Assembly (NCBI GenBank): GCA_045106895.1
Contig: JBGCFM010000243.1
Location: 1-54,112 of the forward strand
DNA: 54,112 nucleotides
Origin: Polyangiales bacterium
Lineage (GTDB): Bacteria > Myxococcota_A > Polyangia > Polyangiales > Houyiibacteriaceae
Direction of reading: 5' to 3'
The stretch's first letter is position 1. The number at the start of each line of letters is the position of its first letter. Position numbers and translations under genes: made by a program. Below, piece by piece: positions 28,001 to 36,130 of this stretch. The notes under the pieces were generated by a model. The model worked only from the letters and a program-made list of their open reading frames with translations, did no database searches and was not told the origin of the DNA.

Positions 28001-31000
28001 CTGAGCTCGTGAAGGACGGAAAGACTCCGGACCGCATCGTTCATCTCTGGCTTCTCGATGCAACGGAGGGGTTCCGGCCTGGGTCAAGTCTCGCTCATCA
28101 CCAGCAGGAGCGAGGCTTCTTCAGTCTTCTGTTCCTCGCCCAAGCGCTCGCGGACGAGAGTGTCGCCGGAGGGTTCCACCTCAACGTTGTCACCAACGGC
28201 ATGGTGCGTGTTCAAGACGGTCGCGGCGGAGGCGACGAGTCGCTCGCGTACCCCGACAAAGCGACGGTGCTGGGCCCCGTCCGCGTGCTACCGCGCGAAC
28301 TTGAAGGTGCGACGGCGAGCGCCATCGACGTTCGGCTGCCACGACGAAACGCGCAGCTATTCGGCGGCGCCTGGCGCATGGCCCTCGCTGATCCTTTCCG
28401 CGGCAAGAAGCGTCTGGAAGAAGAGCTCGACGCACTCGCCGAAGAGCTGGGCGAGGAGCTGGACGCTAAACCGAAGAACGCCGTTGTGGCGTTCCGCGAG
28501 GGGAAGCGCTTCGAAGAGCGGATCGTACCGGCGCCCCTCAAAGAGGCGAGCGAGATTCCTGTGTTGCAGGAAGGCGGCACGTATCTCATCACCGGTGGCC
28601 TCGGCGGCATCGGCTTGGAAGTGGCTGAGTTCCTCGCGAGCACATGCCACGCGCGACTGGTGCTCATCGGGCGGACGCTTTTGCCCGCGCGCGATCAATG
28701 GGCCGACTGGATCCGGCAGCATGGCGCCGAAGACCGGGTGAGTCGCCGGCTCCGGCGCCTCCTCGACATCGAAGCTGCGGGCGGCCAGGTGCTTCCGGTA
28801 CAGGCCGATGTCACGAACGTCGAGGAGATGCGCAGCGCCCTCGCCACTGCTGAATCGCACTTTGGTCCCGTTCGTGGCGTCGTTCACGCGGCGGGTGCCG
28901 TCAACGACGGTCTCATCGCGATGAAGACGTTGGCGGACGTGGAGCGAGTGTTTGCGCCCAAGGTTCAAGGCACCCGCGTTCTGTGGGATGTGCTTCAAGG
29001 CGAAGGCCAGCGCCCACTCGATTTCTTGGTTCTGTTTTCCTCTACGTCCACGTTTACCGCCGCCGCCGGCCAGGTGGACTATGTCGGGGCGAACGCCTTC
29101 CTCGACGCCTTCGCCGAAAGCCACGCGGGCTCACCGACGCGCGTAACTTCCCTTCACTGGGGCGTATGGAACGAAGTCGGAATGGCCGCCGAAGGAATGG
29201 GCCTCGCCGCCGGCGCGGACGAAGTGAAAGCGGGAGATGCCATCGGCGAACAGCCGACGCACCCATGGCTCGCCGCGCGCGTCCGCGATAGCGAAGGAGA
29301 CGCCGTCCTCGAGGCTCTCTTCTCCACTAAGGACTGGGCTCTCGACGGCCACCGAACGCGTTCGGGGCAGGCGCTCTTGCCTGGTACGGCGTACCTTGAG
29401 CTCACGCGCGCGGCACTCCGCGCTCATGGCGAAGACGCGTCATACGAGATCGAAGACCTCTTTTTCTTGCGCGCCTTCGCGGTGGAAGAAGGGAACGAGC
29501 GCAAGCTTCGCGTGAAGCTTCGGCCGACGCCACGCGGCTACAGCTTCGAGGTTCTCGGACGCATCGAGCAGGGCGGCGTGGGCTGGGTGCTCCACGCTCA
29601 GGGGCACCTCGCCCTGCGGCGGCTTGAGCGCCCCGCGCCTCTCCCCATCGAGGCCATCACCGCTCGCTGCACGAGCGACGCCCAGAGCGATCCCGCCGGC
29701 ATTGTGACCGCCCAGGAGAAGCACCTGCTCTTCGGCCCACGCTGGCGTGTTCTTCGCGAGTGTGCGTTTGGTAAGAACGAGGGCTTCGCGCGACTCTCCT
29801 TGGCGGAGAAGTTCGCTGGCGAGACCACGTCTTTGGGGCTCCACCCGGCGCTCCTGGATATCGCCACCGGCTGGGCCATGAAGCTCATCGAGGGCTACGA
29901 ATCCGACACGCTTTGGGTGCCGGTTAGTTACGAGCGGGTGCGAGTGCACGCAGACCTTTCGGCGAAGCTCGTGTCTTGGGTCCGCCTCTCGGCTCCGGCA
30001 ACGGCCGCCGACGAGTTTGCTTCTTTCGACATCGTTCTCGCTGACGAGTTCGGAAACATCGCCCTCGAGGTGGACCGCCTTAGCTTGCGGCGCCTCGCGG
30101 GTGCTCCTGACTTCACGGCGCGCGTCGCCCCGAGAGAGATCCGCATGGAGCCGCGCGAGCAGGAGCTTTCGCCGGCGGAGGCACGTCTCGCCGCGAACAT
30201 CGCACGCGGCATTCTGCCGAAAGAAGGACGCGAGACCTTCGCCCGCGTCCTCGCCGGCGATCGGCGACCGCAGGTCGTCGTCTCGTCCTTGTCCATGGCG
30301 GGCCTCATCGAACAGGCGTCGGCGCCCCTCGCCGGCGCCTCCGATGACGAAGGTATTAGCCTCGCGCGACCCGATCTCGACAGTGAATACGTCGAGCCGC
30401 GAGACGAGGTTGAGCGCACCCTCGTCTCCTTTTGGCAGGAGCTTCTGGGTATCGATCTCGTGGGCGTGGAGGACAGCTTCTTCGACCTCGGCGGCCACTC
30501 CCTCATCGCCGTGCGTCTCTTCGCGAAAATCAAGAAGGCGTACCAGGTCGAGTTCCCTATCTCCGTGCTCTTCGAAGCGCCGACCATCGAGGGATGCGCG
30601 GCGCTCATCAAGGAGCGCGCACCGGGCGCCGCGGACAGCGCCGAAGGCGTCGTCAAAACAGAGGCCCCGCGCACCCGCTACGAGTACTTGGTTCCGATGC
30701 ACGAAGGGGAGGGCGGTCCGAAGACCCCATTTTTCCTCGTCGCCGGTATGTTCGGAAACGTCCTGAACCTTCGCCACTTGGCGCACCTCGTCGGAACGAA
30801 TCGTCGCTTCTACGGGCTTCAGGCACGTGGCCTCTACGGAGACCAAGAGCCGCACGAGACCTTCGAGGAAATGGCGAGCGCCTACATCGAAGAGATCCGA
30901 ACGGTCCAGCCACGCGGCCCGTACTTCCTTGGTGGCTTCTCCGGCGGCGGCATCACCGCCTACGAGATGGCTCAGCAGCTTGAAGCGGCGGGTGAAGAGG

Positions 31001-31551
31001 TCGCACTTCTGGTGATGCTCGACACTCCGGTTCCCGAACCCCCAGCTTCCCTCAGCGTGCAGGACCGCATCGCCATTCAGAAGCACGAGCTAGCTCAGAA
31101 GGGCGCCGGTTACCTGGCCGAGTGGGCCGTCAACCGATGGCATTGGGAGGTCGGAAAACTCAAGAAGCGCTTCGACGACGTGAGCAGTGAGCAGCCCACG
31201 GACACTTTCCACGACGAAGCCATCGAGGCCGCGTTCAGGACCGCTCTCGGGCGCTACACGGTGCGACCGTGGAAGGGCGGCATCAAGCTGTACCGACCCA
31301 AGTTGCCCATCGCCTTCGACCTTGGAAACGGCCGCCTCCTCAACTCACAGCGCGACTACGTGCACGAAGACAACGGGTGGCGTCCCTTTGTCGAATCCGT
31401 CGACATCGTTGAAGTTCCGGGTGACCATGACTCGATGGTGCTTGAGCCCAGTGTTCGAGTTCTGGCGCGTCACATTCGCGGCGCCATCGACGATGCCGAA
31501 AGCTCCCGTCGAACCCGCGCCCTCGACACCGCAAACGAAACGGCCTCATGA
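25027..31551 (+). CDS. Single-module type I polyketide synthase: KS-AT-KR[DH inserted]-carrier-TE
   Basis: KS triad VQTACSTS / ECHGTGT / NIGHLD; AT GHSVGE...AAAHS; KR GGLGGIG, HAAG, YVGAN; DH 'DGHRTRSGQALLPG' and 'HPALLD'; carrier 'FFDLGGHSL'; TE 'GFSGGG', 'GDHDSM'. Start moved to ATG 25027. Confidence 0.95.
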   Translation: MSDEYEVFETDIAIVGMAARLPGARNTQDYWKNLIEGVESVRSYTDEELLAAGESDERLRQKNYVRASAPMLDMELFDGDFFGFSPKDSAIMDPQHRHFLEVCWEALENAAHPPENFEGPIGMFAGCGMGSYLYFNLCSRPDLVRDVGLFLLRHTGNDKDFLATRASYLLNLTGPSINVQTACSTSLVATHLAVQSLLSRECDMALAGGVTIEFPHRRGYLYHEGEVLSPDGHCHAFDHRGQGTVFGSGAGVVVLRRLGDALDDGDIIHGVIRGSAVNNDGSRKVNYLAPSVEGQTACMVEAYGVADVDPRTIEYVECHGTGTYLGDPIEVQAMTEAFRAYTKDTNFCQIGSVKTNIGHLDTAAGVAALVKATLALKHGTIPATLGFEKPNPNIQFDTSPFRVASEKAEWPSPANHPRRAAVNSLGVGGTNAHVVLQEPPLPPEPDEAKRPVQLFTLSAKKGASLDGASERLAKHLRDNPEDNLADIAWTLHHGRRAFERRRVVAARSAAEAADLLEQKDSRRVFTHRAASRASTVFLCPGGGSQYPRMAADLYKDEPVFRAELERGLKLLREKHDIELEGFLFGDAGGDTDEARFEALAGMTLQLPAIFITSIAVARLFESWGVKPEVLLGHSVGENTAACLAGVMSYEDCLQLVVLRGRLVGSTEAGAMLSIGMSAAAIQGMLPECLDLAVINGPEACVVSGTPDDIDAFEKRLEEFDEIDVRRLSIPAAAHSRFLDPILAEFRAYLESIKLSKPQIPFLSNKSGGWITDEEATSPEYWTMHLRSTVRFADNVDTLLKDKTRVMIETGPGRTLSSLSRQHKDFLSGGHSAFPSIRHRNHEVDDVTFFTTALGQIWAAGGDFDWAKMWDGEQRSRVELPTYAFDHKHFFIERSEQRSAESSIDLRKLEDLSDWGSVPIWQPALAEASSVERHTWLIFMDGGGVGRRLRDRIKSRGDRVVCVYESDAFIARGDDEYALSPERGREGYASLIAELVKDGKTPDRIVHLWLLDATEGFRPGSSLAHHQQERGFFSLLFLAQALADESVAGGFHLNVVTNGMVRVQDGRGGGDESLAYPDKATVLGPVRVLPRELEGATASAIDVRLPRRNAQLFGGAWRMALADPFRGKKRLEEELDALAEELGEELDAKPKNAVVAFREGKRFEERIVPAPLKEASEIPVLQEGGTYLITGGLGGIGLEVAEFLASTCHARLVLIGRTLLPARDQWADWIRQHGAEDRVSRRLRRLLDIEAAGGQVLPVQADVTNVEEMRSALATAESHFGPVRGVVHAAGAVNDGLIAMKTLADVERVFAPKVQGTRVLWDVLQGEGQRPLDFLVLFSSTSTFTAAAGQVDYVGANAFLDAFAESHAGSPTRVTSLHWGVWNEVGMAAEGMGLAAGADEVKAGDAIGEQPTHPWLAARVRDSEGDAVLEALFSTKDWALDGHRTRSGQALLPGTAYLELTRAALRAHGEDASYEIEDLFFLRAFAVEEGNERKLRVKLRPTPRGYSFEVLGRIEQGGVGWVLHAQGHLALRRLERPAPLPIEAITARCTSDAQSDPAGIVTAQEKHLLFGPRWRVLRECAFGKNEGFARLSLAEKFAGETTSLGLHPALLDIATGWAMKLIEGYESDTLWVPVSYERVRVHADLSAKLVSWVRLSAPATAADEFASFDIVLADEFGNIALEVDRLSLRRLAGAPDFTARVAPREIRMEPREQELSPAEARLAANIARGILPKEGRETFARVLAGDRRPQVVVSSLSMAGLIEQASAPLAGASDDEGISLARPDLDSEYVEPRDEVERTLVSFWQELLGIDLVGVEDSFFDLGGHSLIAVRLFAKIKKAYQVEFPISVLFEAPTIEGCAALIKERAPGAADSAEGVVKTEAPRTRYEYLVPMHEGEGGPKTPFFLVAGMFGNVLNLRHLAHLVGTNRRFYGLQARGLYGDQEPHETFEEMASAYIEEIRTVQPRGPYFLGGFSGGGITAYEMAQQLEAAGEEVALLVMLDTPVPEPPASLSVQDRIAIQKHELAQKGAGYLAEWAVNRWHWEVGKLKKRFDDVSSEQPTDTFHDEAIEAAFRTALGRYTVRPWKGGIKLYRPKLPIAFDLGNGRLLNSQRDYVHEDNGWRPFVESVDIVEVPGDHDSMVLEPSVRVLARHIRGAIDDAESSRRTRALDTANETAS

Positions 31552-32498
31552 GACTCCTCTGCGTCATACTCAACTACCGCACTGCGGACATGACCCTCGA
31601 GGCTGCCGAGTCCGCTCGGAAAGCACTGGCCTTGGTGGACGGGGATCACCTCATCCACATCGTCGACAACGACTCCGGCGATGGGTCTTTCGAGAAGATC
31701 TCTGCGGCAGTTGCCGAGCGTGGATGGCCAAAGGTACGCGTCAGCCAAAGCGGCAAGAATGGCGGCTTCGGTGCGGGGAACAATTTCGCGATTCGCAAAG
31801 CCCTCGCTTCCGACGACCCGCCGGACTACGTCTACATCCTCAACTCGGACGCGTTTCCGGCCGAGGACGCCGTCCGTGTGCTCATCGATTTCATGGAGCG
31901 CACGCCGGATGCCGGGCTGGCGGGGAGTTATATCCACGGCACGGATGGGGAGCCTCACCTCACGGCGTTTCGTTTCCCGAGTCTCCGCGGCGAGGTCCTC
32001 AGTGGGTTTCGTCTCGGGGCGTTGCAGCAACTCTGGCCCGACGTCGAGGTGCCCATTCAGCCGATGCCAACGGAGTCGCGCGCCGTGGATTGGGTGGCCG
32101 GCGCCTCCCTCATCGTCCGGCGTGAGGTCTTTGAAACGATCGGACTCTTCGACGAGACGTTTTTCCTCTACTTCGAAGAAACAGACCTCTGCCGTCGTGC
32201 CGCCCTCGCCGGTCACCGCTGCTACTACGTCGTCGAGAGCCGCGTTGCCCACGTCGGAAGCGCCTCGACGGGACTCAAAGACCAGAGTTCCCCAATGCCG
32301 CGATACTGGTTCGACAGTCGAAGTCATTACTTCAAAAAGAACCACGGTCTGCCCTACACCGTCGCCGCCAACGTTGGCTACGCACTCGGCCTTGGAACAT
32401 TCCGTGCTCGTGCGCTCGTTCAGCGCAAAGACAACCCAGACCGAAAGCACTTTCTCCGTGACTTCGTTCGCTACAACTTCTTCAACCGCGAATCCTGA
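31548..32498 (+). CDS. Glycosyltransferase family 2
   Basis: 'VILNYRT', 'IVDNDSGDGS', 'NGGFGAGNN', 'LNSDA', 'FDETFFLYFEETDLCRR'; ATGA overlap with the PKS stop. Confidence 0.93.
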   Translation: MRLLCVILNYRTADMTLEAAESARKALALVDGDHLIHIVDNDSGDGSFEKISAAVAERGWPKVRVSQSGKNGGFGAGNNFAIRKALASDDPPDYVYILNSDAFPAEDAVRVLIDFMERTPDAGLAGSYIHGTDGEPHLTAFRFPSLRGEVLSGFRLGALQQLWPDVEVPIQPMPTESRAVDWVAGASLIVRREVFETIGLFDETFFLYFEETDLCRRAALAGHRCYYVVESRVAHVGSASTGLKDQSSPMPRYWFDSRSHYFKKNHGLPYTVAANVGYALGLGTFRARALVQRKDNPDRKHFLRDFVRYNFFNRES

Positions 32499-32507
32499 AA
32501 TTTCCCC

Positions 32508-33437
32508 ATGCGTATTCTTGTAACCGGCGGCGCCGGCTTTATCGGTAGTCATATCAGTCGAGACCTCTTGAGCGCGGGCCACGAGGTCGCCGTCATCGAC
32601 GACCTCTCGAGTGGCAAACGCGAGAACCTCGCTGAGGGAGCGCGGCTGTTCGAGGTCGACATTCGTAACGGCGATGCCGTCGAAGCGGCCTTCGCCGAGT
32701 TTCGTCCAGAGGCGGTGTCTCACCAAGCGGCGCAGACCAGCGTTTCGGTCTCGACGCGCGAGCCGATTCGTGACGCGGACATCAACGTGCTTGGTGCGAT
32801 CCACGTTCTCGAAGCGGCGAAAAGACACCAGGTCGAGCGCATGATCTTCGCGAGCACAGGCGGCGCCATCTACGGCGAGGTCCCCGATGGGCAGGCGGCG
32901 AAGGTCGGCTGGCCGACTCTGCCCAAGAGCCCCTACGCGTGCTCCAAGCTTGCCTTCGAAGCGTATCTGCGGGCGGAAGAGAACGTCTCCTGTCAGGTGC
33001 TTCGTTACGCCAACGTATACGGCCCTCGCCAGGATCCCCACGGAGAAGCGGGCGTCGTGGCGATCTTCGCCCAACGGCTTCTGAGCAAGAAACCCATCTC
33101 TGTCTTCGCGAAGCGTGAACTTGGGGATGAGGGCTGCATTCGGGACTATGTGTTCGTTGGGGACGTGGTCACCGCGCATCGCCGTGCGCTCAGCGACAAG
33201 TCGCTCCCGTTCATCGTCAACGTCGGCACCGGTGTAGGCACGAGCACCCAAGGAGTTGCAGAGAACATTCTCGCTCACCTTGATCCAGACGCGAAGATCG
33301 GCTTCGGGCCGATTCGCGAGGGCGATCTTGAGCGCTCCGTGCTGCACCCGTCTGAAGAGCTCGGCCTCTCCCCCACGCCACTCGCTACAGGACTCAAAGA
33401 GACCTCCGACTGGTTCGCCGCGCAAAGCGGGCGTTGA
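32508..33437 (+). CDS. NAD-dependent epimerase/dehydratase (UDP-glucose 4-epimerase-like extended SDR)
   Basis: 'TGGAGFIGSH', 'STGGAIYG', YxxxK 'YACSK', 'RYANVYGPRQDPHGEAGVV'. Confidence 0.92.
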   Translation: MRILVTGGAGFIGSHISRDLLSAGHEVAVIDDLSSGKRENLAEGARLFEVDIRNGDAVEAAFAEFRPEAVSHQAAQTSVSVSTREPIRDADINVLGAIHVLEAAKRHQVERMIFASTGGAIYGEVPDGQAAKVGWPTLPKSPYACSKLAFEAYLRAEENVSCQVLRYANVYGPRQDPHGEAGVVAIFAQRLLSKKPISVFAKRELGDEGCIRDYVFVGDVVTAHRRALSDKSLPFIVNVGTGVGTSTQGVAENILAHLDPDAKIGFGPIREGDLERSVLHPSEELGLSPTPLATGLKETSDWFAAQSGR

Positions 33438-33576
33438 ACGTCGGCTCCGAAGAATCGTTTCAAAGCTCGGAATACGAGGCCCCAAGGAGCGAGTGCTCCC
33501 CACACAGGAAGAAAATTCTCTTCGTGACGTAGAAGGCGTTGCTATACGGGGGATTTTCGACACTATGTATCGGCGA

Positions 33577-34761
33577 ATGGCGAAACGGACTTTCACTCTC
33601 GGAATCGATCTCGGAACAACGCACACCGTTGTCTCTCACCACGGCAACGCGATGTCCTTTGACCCCGCGAAACGAGGCCCTTACCTCTTGCCGAGCGTTC
33701 TTGCGTTTCTGCCCGACGGCACTGAGCTCCTTGGGTCCGAAGCCCGCGAGCGACGAGTGATCGATCCCAAGAACACACTCCGGGCCACGAAGCGCCTCAT
33801 CGGCGCCCGGCTTGGCAGTGAACGAGCCCAACGCTACGCGGAGTACCACCCCTACGAGCTGTGTGAGAAGAACGGCATGGCCGCGATTCGCACGCGCAAG
33901 GGCGTCATCGATCCTGTGGACGTGGCGACGCGGATTCTGACCCGCGCCGTCGAGGTCACCGGTCACCCAGCGTCGGAATGCTCTGCGGTCATCACCGTCG
34001 CGGCGGCTTTCGGTCCAGCGGAGCGCGCAGCCACCATCGAGGCGGCGGAACGTGTCGGCTTTAGCCAGCTTAGCCTGGTCACCGAGCCCGTCGCGACGGC
34101 CATCGCGTATCTCGGCAATTCGAGCCTTCGCTACGCTGCGGTGTACGACCTAGGTGGTGGCACCTTTGACTTCGCCGTTGTCGACTGCACGGAGTACCCT
34201 CTCAAGGTCCTCGCCAACGACGGCGACGCGTACCTTGGCGGAGAAGACGTCGACCGCGAGCTTGCGACTCAGGTCGCAGCGCAGGTGCTCAAGGAGCACC
34301 GATGGGACCTGACGGCGGACCGCGTGGCGTTCGCACGACTCATCGCTTTTTGCGAACTGGCGAAGGTCGAGCTTTCGAAGAACGAAGAGACGCGCATCGA
34401 CCTGCTCCAGGTTGACCCTGCCGGTCCCTGGACAACGGAGGGGTTGGTTCTCACCCAGAAGCGCCTCATCGAGATTACCCAGCATCTCGTCCGCCGCACC
34501 TTTGGCGTGTGCGACCAGGTCCTCAGCCAAGCGGAGATTCGCGTCCGTGACATCGACGCTGTGTTCTTGGCGGGTGGCTCGACGGCGCTTCCAAATCTCG
34601 CCCACACCATCAAGCAGTACTTCGGCAAACGCCCACGTCACGATCTCAACCCGATGCACGTCGTAGCCGGCGGCGCGAGTCTCGCGGCCGCTCGACCAGA
34701 CCTCGCCGGCTTGCTCAAAACCGAGATCAGCGCGTCGTCACCCGCGGCCGCTCGACCGTAG
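33577..34761 (+). CDS. Hsp70 family protein, nucleotide-binding domain only
   Basis: 'GIDLGTT', 'EPVATA', 'VYDLGGGTFD', 'LGGEDVD', 'LAGGST'; the protein ends right after the ATPase domain. Start is 33565 or 33577. Confidence 0.88.
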   Translation: MAKRTFTLGIDLGTTHTVVSHHGNAMSFDPAKRGPYLLPSVLAFLPDGTELLGSEARERRVIDPKNTLRATKRLIGARLGSERAQRYAEYHPYELCEKNGMAAIRTRKGVIDPVDVATRILTRAVEVTGHPASECSAVITVAAAFGPAERAATIEAAERVGFSQLSLVTEPVATAIAYLGNSSLRYAAVYDLGGGTFDFAVVDCTEYPLKVLANDGDAYLGGEDVDRELATQVAAQVLKEHRWDLTADRVAFARLIAFCELAKVELSKNEETRIDLLQVDPAGPWTTEGLVLTQKRLIEITQHLVRRTFGVCDQVLSQAEIRVRDIDAVFLAGGSTALPNLAHTIKQYFGKRPRHDLNPMHVVAGGASLAAARPDLAGLLKTEISASSPAAARP

Positions 34762-34783
34762 CGGACGCAGCGCTCGCTCGACC

Positions 34784-36049
34784 TTACTCGCTACAGCGCG
34801 GCGGAACTGCGCGTGGTGTCGTCGCCCCGGGCGGGCCCTCGATGACACCATCGACGAAGTAACACATCGCATCGAGTTCGATGTCGGAGAGCGTCTGGCC
34901 GCTCGCGATCTGCTCGACCCCCATATTGTCCGAAAGAGGACCGACGAAAGGAAGCTGCGGGTTGGCGATGGCGTCAAGTCGAATGCCGCCGGCCTCGACG
35001 TCGAGAGCTCCAGGAACCAGACCTGATTGGTCCAGCGCTGCGTAGTTTACGACGGACTCCGGACTGTTTGTCATGGAGACCCAGTCGACATCTTCCGGGT
35101 CGAAAGTGCCGTCGAGGATGGACTGAATCTTGTCTCGGTAGAGCGAGGTCCAGTCCCAGTGAGCGGAAGAAATACACTGGTCTTCGTTGAATCGGCAGGC
35201 GTCCGGGCTGTGGTAACCGATTCGGTAGACTGGAAGCTCTTCATCCCCTGCGCCTTCGCCGCGGTCACACGTGACCGTCGCTCCGCTTCGCGCTTCAACG
35301 GGCTGACTACTGTTGCTCTGTGCGAAGATGACGTCCGCCCCTTCATCCATAAGCTCTTCGGCGGCGGTGCGTTCGTCTTCGATATTGAAGAACGCATTCA
35401 CCCAGCGAACGTCCACTTCCACGTCGGGATCGGCGCGACGTGCACCCAACGTGAACGCGTTGATGTGGCGAACGAACTGAGGGAAAGGAAACGCTGCGAC
35501 GATCCCAAGGCGCTTGGTGCAGCTCATCTTGGCCGCGACGTAGCCGAGCACGTAGATCGGTTGGTACATACGGCCAAAGTACGAAGTCAGATTGTCCCCG
35601 GACGCTCGGCCACAACAGCTCACGAAGAAGCTATCGGGGTTCTCATTCGCGGCTTGCTGCGTCGCGCCAATGAATCCAGACGACGCGGTGAAGATGATGT
35701 TCGCGCCCTCTTCGGTCAGTTCGTTGATTTGCGCTGCGGCGTCAATGTTGCGAACATCTTCCCGAACAGAAAGAGGAGCGTCGAACTCTTCGGCCACAGC
35801 ACGAATGGCCGCTTGATGTGTGGCGGACCAACCTCGGTCGCTTGTGAGGCTCGAGAATACGAAACCGATGTGAGGCTCGATATCCGCGACATCGGCCGTT
35901 GAACAATAGCCATCACCATCGCAGGTGCTTCGAGTCCCGAAGCCGGCGCAGTCGTCGTCCGTTTGGCAGCTCGCTCGATCGAAAGTAGCCGTCGAGCAGC
36001 TAGCGGTTGCGAGGAGAACAAGGAGTGCAGGAGCTAAGAGCGTGCGCAT
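34784..36049 (-). CDS. BMP family substrate-binding lipoprotein with a Cys-rich N-terminal module
   Basis: Lipobox TASC; 'IGFVF...DRGWSATH'; 'YFGRMYQPIYVLGYVAA'; 'RHINAFTLGAR'; 'GADVI'. Confidence 0.85.
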   Translation of the reverse strand: MRTLLAPALLVLLATASCSTATFDRASCQTDDDCAGFGTRSTCDGDGYCSTADVADIEPHIGFVFSSLTSDRGWSATHQAAIRAVAEEFDAPLSVREDVRNIDAAAQINELTEEGANIIFTASSGFIGATQQAANENPDSFFVSCCGRASGDNLTSYFGRMYQPIYVLGYVAAKMSCTKRLGIVAAFPFPQFVRHINAFTLGARRADPDVEVDVRWVNAFFNIEDERTAAEELMDEGADVIFAQSNSSQPVEARSGATVTCDRGEGAGDEELPVYRIGYHSPDACRFNEDQCISSAHWDWTSLYRDKIQSILDGTFDPEDVDWVSMTNSPESVVNYAALDQSGLVPGALDVEAGGIRLDAIANPQLPFVGPLSDNMGVEQIASGQTLSDIELDAMCYFVDGVIEGPPGATTPRAVPPRCSE

Positions 36050-36130
36050 GACGGAGGCTACCAGGTTTGGGGTAGGGCGCTACTTCGCTGAGACCCTTGT
36101 GCGCTCTTCACTTCCACGCATGATGCGCGG

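Noticed and set aside
31470..33626. 718-aa minus-strand ORF and other long antisense ORFs (for example 6198-7661, 16658-18280, 29440-31086)
   Set aside because: These are typical stop-poor shadow frames of high-GC coding genes with no recognisable motifs.
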